From: Chrysomallon squamiferum
Lineage: Eukaryota > Animalia > Mollusca
Length of the DNA stretch: 64,000 nucleotides
Assembly: GCA_012295275.1 (NCBI GenBank)
Contig: CM022675.1
Coordinates: 186,001-250,000, forward strand
Reading direction: 5' to 3'
Shown here: piece after piece, positions 49,544 through 64,000 of the stretch
Position numbering within the stretch: the stretch's first letter is position 1
Layout: every line of letters begins with the position of its first letter
Position numbers and translations under genes: made by a program
Notes under the pieces: generated by a model
Databases searched by the model: none
What the model was told of the DNA's origin: nothing
The model's input: only the letters and a program-made list of their open reading frames with translations

Positions 49544-49589
<46 letters not shown>

Positions 49590-50046
49590 ATGTGTGTGTG
49601 TATGTGTGTGTGTTGATGTGGGTGTTTGTGCATCTGTATACGTGGACATGTATAGGTGCATACAATATACATATGTGTGTTATTGTGCAAATGTGCATAT
49701 GTATATAAATGTGTGTGTGACTGTTTTCCGAATGTATATGTATGTATGTATGTGCGTATTCCTATCCATGTACTCATGTACGTATCTAGATATATGAGTG
49801 TATATCTGTACGTTACTATATATCTGTATGTATGTATGTGTGTATGTGTATCTGTGTCTCTCTATGTATGCGTCTGTTACAACGTCTGTTCAGTCATAGT
49901 TTTGTTTCTATCTGTGTTTTTGTACTTATGTATTTGTACTTAAAATTCGTAAACAGAAAACACTAATTTGTATATAGTCAAATGAGGAATACAGGAAAGA
50001 GGCAAACAACAGTTACAGAGAGAAACAATGTATATGTGTGCGCGCT

Positions 50047-50079
<33 letters not shown>

Positions 50080-50441
50080 GTGTATGTTTATATATGTTTA
50101 GAAAAACACGTATAGTTTTAAATAATCACCAAATGCCTGTGTTGTCTCCATAGATATAATTTATTGAATAAAAATCAAAACTGATATTTTGTACCTATGG
50201 TGAACAGTCCCCCGGTAATCCATTTTCAAGTACAAATTACCGTATTAGCCACTACGAGGTGGGGGTGTCATCACTCACCAGGTGACTCCGTGTCGCTGCA
50301 TTTTAGGTACAATTTATTAAAACAATGGTGAGGAATCATCTAGAATTTACTTTGAATTCAAACAGTATACGACACATAGCAAATAAGAAAAAAGAACTTA
50401 TTTTACAATTTCCGTTGTTACTATTCTTATTAGACTAAGTG

Positions 50442-50547
<106 letters not shown>

Positions 50548-50574
50548 TCTTCATTTGTTTTGTTTTTTGTTTAG

Positions 50575-53500
50575 TTTTAGCTGTATCTATATTATTAATC
50601 TATATCTGTAGGCGTGTATCAGTCTATTCCTGTAGCTATCGATATCTATAAGCGTTTATCAATCTATATCTGTATTTGTCTGTAGGTGAGTATCAATCTA
50701 TATCACTTTCTGCTGGTTTATATCTCTTATTATTTGTATCTATCATCATATCAGGTGTTTATTAATTTGTATCTTTATCTATCGCTATCTGTAGGAATGC
50801 ATTAGTCTGTTAATGTATATACGTTATGTGTAGGTCAATATTAAACTATAACTGTATCTTCGTTATCAGTGACTTTGTATTAATCTGTTTGTGTATCCAT
50901 CGTCATATTTCTGTATATATATATATTAATATACATCTACAGATAACCAAACATAAAGATATAGATTAATACAGTCCTAAATATAAATACAGAAACAGAT
51001 ATGGACAAATACTCCAACAGATAAGGAGACATATATATATATGTGTGTGTGTCTCCGTTATCTGTAAGGGTGTTTTTAGTCCATAATTTTATTTGACCTA
51101 CCTGTAGGTGTGTGTTAATCTATAAATGTATTTGACGCTATCTGTGTGTGCATTTTCGTTATCTATAAGCATCTGTTAAACTATATATGTAACTATCTTT
51201 ATATGTAGGTGTGTTTCAATCTATATATGTATCTATCTTTATCAACAGGTGTGTTTCAATCTATATATGTATGTATCTTTATCAACAGGTGTGTTTCAAT
51301 CTATATATGTATGTATCTTTATCAATGGGTGTGTTTCAATCTATATATGTATGTATCTTTATCAATGGGTGTGTTTCAATCTATATATGTATCTATCTTT
51401 ATCAATAGGTGTGTATCAATCTATATATGTATCTATCTTTATCAATAGGTGTGTATCAATCTATATATGTATGTATCTTTATCAATAGGTGTGTTTCAAT
51501 CTATATATGTATGTATCTTTATCAATAGGTGTGTTTCAATCTATATATGTATGTATCTTTATCAATAGGTGTGTATCAATATATATCTGTACATATCGTT
51601 ATCTATCTACATCAGTGTGTATATTAATATATATCTATTGTTATCTATAGTCACGTATAGATGCGTATTAATCTATATCTGTTTGTGTCCTTATCTATTG
51701 GAATATTTGTCTATATCTGTTTCTGTGTTTATATTTAGGTCTGTATTAATCTGTATCTCTATGTTTGGTTATCTGTAGATGTATATTAATCTATAGCTGT
51801 GTTTATCGTTATCTGTAGGTGTGTGTCAATCTCTATCTATAGATATCATTATTTTTTTGTGCGTATTAATCTATATGTTTAGGTGCGTATTCATCTATAC
51901 CTCCATTAATCGTTATCTGTAGGTGTGTATTAATCTCTACCTGTTTCTATCGTTTGTATAGTGTGTATTAATATATATCTCTATCTACCCGTATCTGTAG
52001 GTGAGTTCTAATATATATCTGTAAGTATCGTCATCTTTAGGTGCGTATTAATCTGTACCTGTATCTAGCGTTACTTATAGGTGTGTCGTTAGTCTATATA
52101 TGTTCTTATCTTTAGGTGTGTGTCAATGTATATCTGCATTTATCCTTATCGTTTGGTGTGTATTAATCTTTATCTGTATCTATGTTTGTCCGTAGGTGTG
52201 TATTAATCTCTGTCTAAATGTATCTTTATCTATGTGTGTGTATTAACCTATATATGTATCTATCAGTATCTGTAGGTGTGTATTAATCTGTACCTGTTTC
52301 TGTTGCTATCTATATTGACCTATATCTGTGTATATCGTTATCTTTATTTATGCATTAATGTCTCTATCTCTCTGTTCATATGTTCTAATCTACCGTTATC
52401 GTTGAATTAATCTAAAATAACTGTCTATCTTTATCTACAGGTATGTATTAATCTATATCGGTTTCTGTCTTTATCTTTAGATGTGTATTAATTTATATCT
52501 GTAGATATCGTTATCTTTTGGTGTGTATGAATCTACATCTGAATATATCCTTATCTATTGGTGTGTATGAATCTCTATCTGAATCTATATTTATCTGTAG
52601 ATGTGTATTAATATATATCTGTGTGTGTGCTTATATGTTGGTGTGTATTAATCTATATCTGAATGTATCTTTATCTGTATGTGTGTATAAATCTATATCT
52701 GTATTTATCGTTATCTGAAGGTGTGTATTAATATCTATATATGTATCTACCGTTATCTATTTGTTTGTATCAATCTCTATATATGTGTCTTGTATCTGTA
52801 TCTATGATTATCTGTCGGTGTGTTTAAATCTATTAAGTGATTTCCTTGTCTATAGTTGTGCATTAATCTAAAATCTCTATCTATGGTTATCTGTAGGTGA
52901 GTATTAATCTAAAATATCTATCTCTCGTTATCTGTAGCTGTGTATTAATCTAAAATCTCTAACTATGTTTATATATAGGTGTGGTATTTATTAATCTATC
53001 GCCGTATCTATTGTTATCTGTAGGTGTGTATTAATCTATATCTGTATATATCGTTGTCTTTAGGTATGTGTTAATCTTTATCTGAATCTATCTTTATCTA
53101 TAGGCGTGTCTTAATATATATCTGTGTCTGTGCTTATACGTAGGTGTCTGTTAATCTATATATGTAGCTACCGTTACCTATTTGTTTGTATCAATCTCTG
53201 TATATGTGTCTTGTTTATCTGAAGCTTTTGATTAACCTATATCTGTATGTATCATTATCTGTCGGTGTGTTTCAATCTATACAGTGAATTCCTTGTCTGT
53301 AGGTGTGAATTAGTCTATAATTCTATCTATTGCAATCTGATGGTGTGTATCTATCTGTATATCTGTCTCCGTTAATTATATGTGTATATTAATTTATGTC
53401 ATTATGTTTTTCTATATCTGTATATTTTATTATTTATTATTGTTAAGCTATTCATATATCTATCGTTATCTTTATGTGTGTTTTACTCTCTATATGTTTA

Positions 53501-56500
53501 TATAGCTAGGTTTCAATCTATCATTATTCTTAGGTGTCAATTAGTATATCTGTTTCTGTCTATATCTATTGGAGTGTATGAATCTATAATCTGTGTCTCT
53601 CGTTATCTGTAGCCGTGTATTAATCTATATCTATAATCTATAGTTATCTGTAGGTATGTATTAATTTATATCTGTTTCTATCGTTATCTTTAGGTGTGTA
53701 CTGATCTGTATATGTATATATGGTTACTGCAGGTGTGTATTAATCTGTATCTGTATTTATTGTTATCTTTACGTCTGTATATTAATTTATGTCTGTTTCT
53801 GTCGGGATCTATGGCTGTGTATTAAACTATAATCTCTATCTATGGTTATCTGTAGATGTGTATTAATCTATATCTGTGCCTGTGCTTATATGTAGGTTAA
53901 TCTATATATGACTGTATCTTTTTCTCTGTGGGTGTGTATAAAACTATATGTGTATCTATCGTTATCTGTAGGTGTGAATTATATATGTACCTACCGTTAT
54001 CTATTTGTTTGTATCAATCTCTATATATGTGTCTTCTTTATCTGTAGCTTTTGATTAACCTGTATCTGTATCTATCATTATTTGTCGGTGTGTTTCAATC
54101 TATATAGTGAATTCCTTGTCTATAGGTGTGTGTTAGTCTGTAACTGTCTATCGCAATCTGTAGCTGTATGTCTGTCTATATATCTGTCTCCGTTAATTAT
54201 ATGTGTATATTAATTTATGTCTGTTTCTCTCGTGATCTATACGTGAGTATTAATCTATATAGTTTTTGAAAGGTATCTTTCAATCTGTATCTCTGGCTTT
54301 TGTTATCTTTAGCTGTTATTAATTTTTATCTGTATATATAGTTATCTACAAGTTTGTATTAGTCATTATATCTCTACTATCGTTATGTTTAGGTGTGTAT
54401 TGATCTATACCTGTATGTATCTTTATTTTTAGCTGCGTTTTAATCTATATCAGTATATATTACTATGTTTTTCTGTGTCTCATTATTTATAGGTATTTAT
54501 TAAGCAATTGATATATCTATCGTTATCTTTATGTGTGTTTTACTCAATATATGTTTCTATCATATTCTATAGGTATGTTTCAGTGTATATCTTTATCTAT
54601 CGTTATGTTTAGGGGCCAATAAATTTATATCTGTTTCTGTCGTGATTTATGATGTGTGTCAGTCTAAAATCTCTATCTCTCGTTAATCTGTAGGTTTGTA
54701 TTAATCTAAAATCTCTATCTTTGGTTATCTATAGGTGTGTATTAATCGATATCTGAATGTATCTTTATCTGTAGGTGTGTATTAATCTATATCTGTATGT
54801 ATCTTTATTTGTAATGTGCGTATAAATCTCTATCTAAATCTATGTTTATCTGTTTATGTGTATTAAGATATATCTGTGTCTGTGTTTATATGTAGGTGTG
54901 TATTAATCTATATCTGAATGTATCATTATTTGTATGTGTGTGTAAATCTATATCTGTATATATCGTTATCTATATAGTGAGTTCCTAGTCTATAGGTGTG
55001 GATTAGTCTGTTTTTGTCGTGATCTATTCGTATGTATTAATCTATATATGTGTCTCTCGTGATCTATACGTGTTTATTAATCTGTATCTATATCTGTGTA
55101 TTAATTAATATCTGTATATATCGTTATGTGCAGGTATCCATTAATCTATATCTGTGTCTATAGTTATCTACAGCTGCGTATAAATCTATCATTTTTTTAT
55201 AGGTATCGTTCAATCTATATCTCTATCTTTCGTTATCTTTAGGTGTGTATTAATCTATATCTGCTTGTGTCGGAATCTATAGGTTTGTATTAATCTAAAA
55301 TCTTTATCTGTAGGTGTTTATTAATCTATGTCTGTTTCTATCTTTGTCTTTAGGTGTGTATTTATGTGTTTTTGTATCTATTGTTATCTATACCTGTATA
55401 TATTGTTATCTCTAGGTGTATATTAATCTATATCTTTATATATTGTTATCTATACCTGTGTATTAATATATATTGTATATATCTTATCCATGGGTGTGCA
55501 TTTATCTCTCTCTGTATTTATTGTAATCTATATCTGTGTATTAATCTATATCTGTTTCTGTCGGCATCTACAGGTGTGTATTAATCTATATCTGTATATA
55601 TTATTATCTATATATGTCTATTAATCTAAAATCTCTTACTGTCGTAATCTGAAGGTGTGTATTATTCTATAGCTGTTTTTATCGTTATCTTTACGTGTTT
55701 ATTGCTCCGTATATGTATATATGATTATCTATGGGTGTGTATTAATCTATATCTGTATCTATCTTTAGGTATACGTATGTATTAATCTATATCTTTTTAT
55801 CGTTATATGTCAATCTGTATTTGTATTTCTCGTCTTGTGTAGGTGTGTATTAATCTGTATATGTTTCTGTCGTGATCCATAGGTATGTAATAAAATATGT
55901 ATGTATCTATAATGATCTATACGTCTGTGTTTCTTTATATCTCTTGCTATCGTTACCTTCAGATCTGTATTAATCTCATTATATTATGTGTGTTTTAGTA
56001 TATATCTGTATTTATCGTTACATTTTGGTGCGTTTTAATCTAAATCTGCATCTATTGTTATCTATACCTTTGTATTAATCTATACTTGTATGTATAACTT
56101 CGTTATCTTTACTTCTGTAGTAGTCTATAACTGTATCTATCGTTATCTTTGTCTATGTCTGTATTTATCATTATATGTAGGTGTGTATTAATCTATATCT
56201 GTATCTGTCGTTACCTATTGGTGGGTTTCACTCTCTATATTTACTGATCTCTATCTCTATAAATCATTATCTGTAGGTATGTAACAATCTATATATGTCT
56301 ATTCGTTATATGTAGGTGTGTATTAACCTGTGTGTGTAGATATCGTTACATGTGGGTGTCTGTGAACCTGTGTCTGTGTCTATTTCTTGTTATGTATCAG
56401 TCTATATCGGTATCTGCCGCTGTCTGTAGGTATGTATTAATATATGCCTGTATCTTTCGTTATCTGTTGGTGTATATCAACTTCTATATGTATGTCTTCG

Positions 56501-57515
56501 ATATCTGCAACTTTTTTATCAGTCTATATTTATCACTATCTCTCGGTGTGTTTCAATCTGTATAGTGTCTTTCTTATCTGTAGGTGGGTATTAGTCTATA
56601 AATGTAATTAGTCCCCTCTAACTGGTGTGCATCTAATTATATATCTGTCTCCGTTAATTATAGGCGTGTGTCAATCTCTATCTGTGTCTTGGTTATCTGT
56701 AGATATCTATTAAACTATGTCTGCAACTATCGTTATCCCTAGAGGTGTATCAATCTATATCTATATCTTATTTATATAGGTGTTTATCAATATATATCTG
56801 TATCTTTCTTTATCTGTAGCTGTGTACTAAACTGTAATATGTATCAATCATAATCTGTAGTTTTGTATCAGTCTACAATCTGTTTATATCGTATATATGT
56901 GACTACTATTATGTGTAGGCCTGAACTGAACTATAAATGTGTCTATCTTTATCAGTAGGTGTGTATCAGCCTGTTTGTCTTAGTTATCTATCTAAACTAT
57001 ATCTGAATTTATTGCTTTTAGTAGGTGTGTGTTCATCTATATAGGTGTATTTATTATCTGTACATTTTTATCAATCTGTGTATGTGTAGGTGTGTATTAG
57101 TCTCTATATGTACCTTCGTTATCTGTGGGTATCTATCAATTTATATATGTATCTATCTTTATCTGTACGTATGTATCATCTCTATATATATGTGTCTTCG
57201 CTATCTGTAGGTTTGTATTAATCTATATTTGTTTGTATTGTTATCTGAAGGTGTTTATTAATATATCTGTTTATGTAGTTACCTGTCAGTGTTTGTCAAC
57301 CAGTATCTGTACTGTCACGTGTTCTGTCATTTCTATTCCGTTTTCTATGTATATATGTGTCTATATTCATGCGTGGGTGTTTATCTATCTATATGTGTAT
57401 GTGTTGTTATCTGTAGATGTGTACAATCGATATACGTATATATTCTTATATGTAGGCGTGTATGAATTTATATCATCTGTATGTGTCTATGCGTGTGTTT
57501 CTGTGTGTCTGTAAT
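50575..57515. repeat. Second 40-bp minisatellite array of the same family
   Basis: Same consensus. Homogeneous block ~51207-51580 (GTGTTTCAATCTATATATGTATGTATCTTTATCAATAGGT). Confidence 0.9.
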
Positions 57516-58856
57516 ATCTAAATATAAATTAAATGACTATTTGCTTTGTGTCGTACATTGTTTACTAAGTATCTATCATAGTAATTAAGAATTAAATTTA
57601 AAAGCGTCATCAAAACAAAACAAAAAACATATTAATAAATACTAGAAACAGAAAGTTATACCATAATTTAGACGCAAATTTAGAGGGTTCGCCAAAGTAA
57701 TATAGATCGGATTATGCCAAATTTGATATAAAAATGCCATTTTGAAAATTGATTTCCGATCAAGAACCACAGTTTATTTCTAGTATGCTGAATTAGCATT
57801 TAGACCAAGTTCTGAAAAACAAAACAAAACAGAATTATTTTTTTTGTACTCACGGACAATATCCAGCAGAATTAGTAACAACAGAGTAAATAATCCAGTA
57901 CTTAATAATCCAAGAATTAGTAAACACACTGACTTAGTAATCCAAGAATTGCTAAACACAGAAATATTAGTCTAAAAATTAAAAACAGAATTCACAATCA
58001 CATTCACCTTCAGAACTACATCTTTCTCCAAGCAAGCGATCGAGTCACACTGATTTCAATTGTTGACGTCATATTTATACCCCCAGAAATACGGAAATTA
58101 CCGAATGTTACGTCATTGGCTTAATGGCGGAAAGTTGTTTTTTGTATTTATTTTATTTTATTTTATTTATTTACTTTTTTTTTTCGGAGAGAACAAAGAC
58201 AGATTTAAATTATTCTTTATTATGAAAGCTTTTCTTAAAATAAAGATAAAATTACTTTGCAGTCATTCTCTTCTTCCATTTTATTAAAATAACGTTTTAT
58301 TCAAGTGGTAGTATGTATATAATTCGTAGTTATTATTTTATTTATTTATTTATTTATTATTATTATTATTATCATTATTTTATTATTATTATTATTATTT
58401 TATTATTATTATTATTATTAGAAACAATTTTTATCAATACATGAAACAGTAATTTTATTGCTGCAGGAGTTGTTGTAATAGTAGCAGTAGCAGTAGTTGT
58501 TGTAGTCGCAGGTGCAACTGGTAAAAGTGATACTAGAAAAATTGATATAGTAGTGATGTTTATTGTTTTATTACACTAATAACAGTAATAATTCTAACTA
58601 CTATTACTGAAGTGAATAAACAAACAAACAATAACAACACGTTTTCGCGATTTCTGCATTAGCAGAACTACGTCTTTCCAACGTCAGGTAACATCTGCCG
58701 TGCTATCAGTCAGTCTATCGATCAATGAAAACAGTTCAGCGCTATTGTCACACATTTATCCTTGTACATAAACTGAACATCTAAACGGAACAAAACATTG
58801 TAATGAAGTTAGATATTTAGAATTCATGATGTTTATTATTATAATTATTATTATTA

Positions 58857-58911
<55 letters not shown>

Positions 58912-58939
58912 AAAGCAATGGTTAACGAGATGCAGTTTC

Positions 58940-59007
58940 ATTTCAGGAAGGGACGTCACTCTGTTTCAATAAAAGATTCTTTCCAAAATGGCGGCATTCA
59001 CAAACAG
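58940..59007 (+). promoter_or_regulatory. Probable YEATS2 core promoter/first untranslated exon with YY1 motif
   Basis: CAAAATGGCGGC (YY1-like) at 58984-58995, GACGTCA nearby, and donor CAG|gtgttt at 59008. Confidence 0.5.
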
Positions 59008-59732
59008 GTGTTTGTCAGAAGTATAAATTAAGAAGTGATTTCGTTTAGAATTAGTTAATTTCTAAGTAGATTTCTTTTACAAATGAACTAAAATTTTGTT
59101 CTTTCTATTGCGGCTCTCTTAGTCTTAAAATATATCTATTTATAAATAAATAGACAACAGTTTAAAAAGATACCAAGTTGGACGTGATTTGTTTAAGAAT
59201 TATAATAAAAATAATCTCGTTATAATGTACCTGTTTGAAACAGTAATACCACTTCATTGTTAAATGCAGGCAGAATAAGAATACAAATAAAAATATATAA
59301 TTTATTTACCTAGCATATAAAAATTATTTAATTTTTTTATATTATTATTTAAATTTATTTTATTTGCAAACTTTAAATTGAGAAATGGTTATTTTGTCAA
59401 TATAATCTTATTAGAAATAAATAACAGTTGACAAAATTAAATATTTTATGTTACAGGTTTTTTCTTTTCCAAACACACACATGTAGACTTGAATACATAA
59501 AATTAGACTGATAGAGCTGATAATTATATAAACAAGATTTACATAACTGACAGTGATACACACTGACTCATGTTTAAAATAAACAGACAGTTTTACACAG
59601 TCACAGACGTGCATATATATACATATGATAAGGTACTTCTTTACAGAGTCAAATACTGATTTTATTTTATTTTATTATTTATTAATCAAAATAGCCATAT
59701 TAGTAGTAACAAAAACAACAACAACAACAATA

Positions 59733-59764
<32 letters not shown>

Positions 59765-59896
59765 CCAGTTAAAACTTAAAATTATATTTTTATCATGTTA
59801 GATATCTGATATAATTTATTTTATTTTAGGCTGGATATGACGTTACCTTTAATCACTTGATTAAAAAGAAACCAGCTTCGGTTTTGATTTTAAAAA

Positions 59897-60726
59897 ATGA
59901 CTACAACTGAAAATTGGAACGACAGTCAACAACATTTCAATCATGATGATAAAAATGGCCTCACTGATTCTGTTGTCGATACTCCGTCTGAAGTCAGAAA
60001 TGGGAAAACCAAGAGGCTGGATGTTACAGACCCTGATACCACTGTCCTTACTGCAAAACGCCAGAGAGTTTTTGATCCTGATTACGAAGAAATAACTGAT
60101 CAGCAGAACCAGAGACAGAGAGAACTTGAGGAAGATGGTAATTGTTTTTTTATATTTATTTTATATTTATTTTGTTTATTTTATATTTATTTCATATTTA
60201 TATAAAGTATTAACATACGTGTTTTTTCAATAAGTGACGTTTCAGAAGCTGACTTCATTCCACATGTGAAAACTGAAATATGTGGCATCTATACATGTTC
60301 AGAAAGATGAACGAAATGGCACTTGTATGTTTGAATATATCTGTTTACAAATATCTAAATATTGTTTTTGAATTTCACTTTAAAAATTCTTTGGACATTT
60401 GTTCCAGCCCTGAATTTTTTTGTTTGTTGTCCTAGGTAAATGTCAGTTGCATGAACTGTGAATGTTTTTCTTATAATCAGTTTTTTAACTTTTGTGTGAA
60501 AGTTGTGGTAGAAAATAATTTCCCAAACAAAATGAAATGAAGTTCATCAGTTATGTGAGATATATTCGATGTATCCTGTGTCATGTATGTATTAATATTT
60601 GAGTTTTCAATGAATTGAAAATGTAATGGTTACTAAATTACACAACTGAGTGAATGAGAGAGAATGTGTGTTTGTGTGTGTGTAATCGTGTGTATGTTAG
60701 TTTATAATGTGTTAACGTTTGTATAC

Positions 60727-60761
<35 letters not shown>

Positions 60762-61186
60762 TGTGGTGTTTGTATTTCTATTCTGTAAGTTGTTAGGTAA
60801 AACATAATTATTATACCACGTATGAGTGTGTTTGTGTGTATGTATATATTTCTGTATGTGTGTCTTTTGTATGTGTCTGGTGGTTGCATTTGTGTGTGTG
60901 TGTGTGTGTATGGGTATGTGTTGTAATTGTGTAAGTAGGTATGTATGTGTAATTGAGTTGTTTAATTTAATTATTTATTTATGAGTGTTTTATTTTCCAG
61001 CCAAGGAGGCCACTAAGAGGAAGATACAGAGAATACTTCAGACAGAGTTTTTAGAGGAGATTCACAACAAACAGTCAGAAATCAACATCATTGATCAGGT
61101 CTGGGTAGATTTTGTTGTTTAAAGTCAATTTTATACTTCTGTTTAACATTGCTAATCTGTAGTGTAAACAGTTTCAAACACAACTG

Positions 61187-61271
<85 letters not shown>

Positions 61272-63847
61272 TTTTATCTGTTGGTATCTATCTTATTCCT
61301 CTTTTGTTTTATCATCTTTCTTACTTTCTGTAATTGTTTTTAATAAAAAAAAATCTTTTCATCTGTCTTCTTCTTCTTTCCAATCTCTCTCTATGTTTAT
61401 TCATTTCTTTCTATTACTTTTGATGCAAAATCTGTTTGTTTTGAAGTTACCGACATATTGTTAGGAGTAATCCAGATACATCAGTATCTTTTTTTTATAT
61501 ATTTATATTTATATCTATGACATCTGTATTTTTATTATTTTTTAACAAAATGTTTTTCCAGAAACTGAACCAAGCTCGGGTGATGATGGACAGACTGAGA
61601 GCTTGTATTGTAGCCAACTTCTACGGAACAGCCAGTCAGCAGGGGCTGTCAAAGGTTTGTTTCTTGTTAAAACATGGAACACTTCATTGTCGTAGATGTT
61701 TTCTTATTCTCCTGAATGTATTGTTTGTACTAGGTTGACGTTGGTTTAATAAGCCACAGTCTTTTTGCATATATATTGTTAGTTATTTTAAGAGGCAATA
61801 GTTTATGCAGTTCAGATTTTATTTTCAGCAGTATAAAACAACATTTTTCTAAAAATTATTTTAGAAATATTTTTTTTTATAATATTAATGTGTTGTTATA
61901 AAGGTTGAGCAAAGATTTAATTTTTTTAAATAAAAAATTTTCGACTCAAAAGTTGAAATTTTTTATTAACTATTTTGAGAAAAATGTGACTAATTTGTGT
62001 AATGATTTTCATTAATTTAAATTTCATTAAGAATGAAAATACAAAGATTATAAATGTTTATTTCAAAACTTGCATATAAATATTTTGTTCTTTATTTTCT
62101 TATTTAAAAATTATTATTTGAAACATTCACACTTAAATTCTATTTTTTTTTATTTTATTATTATTATTATTATTGAAATCTTTTTACACACACACACACA
62201 CACATATCTGATAATTATTTTTTTTTTTTTCTTTTCCCCAGGGTAAACAGAATCCAAGTGAAAACCCGTCCATTCACCCTGCAGTTAAAAAACATCTTGG
62301 AAAAGCCCCTGTCGGGACCCCTGAACCATCCACATCACAAACTAACCTCACTGAGAGGAGGAGCTCAACAAGGGAGAGCACTCTAAATATACAGACAGCA
62401 GGGGAAACCGGTGCAGTAATCATTAAACAAGAAGCAGGAACCAGTGGATCTGAGACAGCCGAATCAGAAAATAAAACAAAGGTGAAGGTTAATTTTGGAA
62501 TATTCTTATTATGGAAAAAAAAAAAAAAATGGACCATTATGATAAATTTTTGATGTTTTGGGCAAAAAATGGTGATATTTTCTCCCAGAAAATGTTTTTG
62601 GAATTAATATATTAAAGAGTTGTAAGAGGAATAGTGGAGAGCTGTCTTGATTTTTATCAATTTAATTTGTTTTGTGTTTGTTTTAGATATTACAATCATT
62701 GTCAACAAGTGAAACATCAGCAGCAGCAGAATCAAAACGTGGATCAAGATTTAAAATGAAAAAGAAAATTATTGTTGGAAATGTGTCAAAGTAAGACAGA
62801 TGCAGATGTTTTTACACACACAGACACACACACACACACACACACACAACACATGCATGCACACAACATGCACACGTACATAAAAAAATCATACCACAGA
62901 CACTGATAAACACAACAATAAAATTTACACTTTTACTGTTCATTTTGGTAAAATTAAATACAGTTTATTTCTTCTTTTTCTTTATTTTAATATTATTTGA
63001 GGGAGAGGGAGAGGGAGAGGAGAGGGAAAATATGAGAATATGTGTATTAGAGAAAAGAAAATTTCACTATAAAAGAAGAGAGAGAGAGAGACAAATATTA
63101 TAAATGTTTAATTATTTTTCTGAGGTTTATTAGGTAAAAGAAGTAAAAATGTAATTTCTAAAGTTTAATTACAGTTTAGAGAGAGTAAAAATGTAAAACT
63201 TACAGAGAGAGAAACAGATAAAGAATGCGTGTATTAGAAGTAAAATTTCACTATGAAAGACATCACTGTGACGAATGTTTGGTTGTTTTTCTCAGGTTTA
63301 TTCCAATGGAGAGGCGAGATGTCAATGATCAGGCGTCACACAAATGGATGGTTTATGTCCGGGGACCCCAGTCAGAACCGGAGATTAACAACTTTGTGAA
63401 GAAAGTTTGGTTTTTTCTTCATCCCAGCTACAGGCCTAACGACTTGGTTGAAGTCAGGTGATTTCTTTTCAAATATTCTTTAAATAAACAAAATAGTTAA
63501 TAGATGAAGTAAATAAATTATGTTTGAGGGTTCCTTATTCTGAAATCTTTTGGGACTTGAAGTGTTTGGGATTTCTGAATTTGTTTTCAATTTTGAATAT
63601 AAAATCTGTTTTTAAAGATAATCAGCAGGTACTTTTTTTTTTAATGTAATATTTTTGTTAATTCAATTCTGCATATCAGAAGATTTTGGTTAAATAAATT
63701 CAGCCATTTTTATATAAATCGCAACCAAACTTTTTAAAATGTGACTAGTTCATGAGTGGATATAATAAATTGATATGTTCTTACATTTGTTTATTTATTT
63801 ATTTATTTATATTGTTTATTTATTTGTTTATTTATTTGTTTATATAT

Positions 63848-63894
<47 letters not shown>

Positions 63895-64000
63895 TTTGTT
63901 TGTTTGTTCATATTTCAGTCAGCCTCCATTTCACTTGACAAGAAGAGGGTGGGGTGAGTTTCCTGTCAGGGTGCAGCTACATTTCTGGGACAGTCGCAAT
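59897..64000 (+). CDS. YEATS2: YEATS domain-containing protein 2 (ATAC complex subunit), 5' part; continues beyond the window
   Basis: Exons 59897-60137, 61001-61098 ([24 protein letters not shown]), 61562-61654 ([16 protein letters not shown]), 62242-62481/62487 (HPAVKKHL), 62687-62790 ([11 protein letters not shown]), 63296-63457 and 63919-64000. These match the vertebrate YEATS2 N-terminus and YEATS domain. Confidence 0.95.
63296..63457 (+). CDS. YEATS2: YEATS2 exon, YEATS domain core
   Basis: [53 protein letters not shown] with AG/GT boundaries. Confidence 0.95.
63919..64000 (+). CDS. YEATS2: YEATS2 exon (partial), YEATS domain
   Basis: [27 protein letters not shown] with the GWGEF acyl-lysine-binding motif. 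Confidence 0.95.

Overview
AT-rich, microsatellite-dense eukaryotic genomic DNA. It is probably a mollusc or other lophotrochozoan, inferred from the 5S rRNA fragment type and the repeat landscape. Positions ~1.4-37.2 kb hold a tandem cluster of paralogous 10-exon type-I membrane receptor genes: three full-span copies plus the terminal exon of a fourth next to a 200-N gap. Splicing the exons by hand gives signal peptide - C-type lectin-like domain (CTLD) N-half - WSC domain - CTLD C-half - second degenerate CTLD - Thr-rich stalk - TM - long tyrosine-motif-rich tail, so the WSC domain appears inserted inside a CTLD. The paralogs are near-identical except for focal hypervariable patches in the CTLDs, and all carry reading-frame lesions (real or assembly error). 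Introns and intergenic DNA contain Tigger/pogo relics, a hAT MITE with an 8-bp TSD, and a modular repeat carrying 5S and 28S rRNA fragments plus RFX X-box-like motifs. Positions ~38-58 kb are a tandem segmental duplication filled with a 40-bp minisatellite. The 5' part of a YEATS2 orthologue occupies ~59-64 kb. Most ORFs in the supplied track are microsatellite artefacts.
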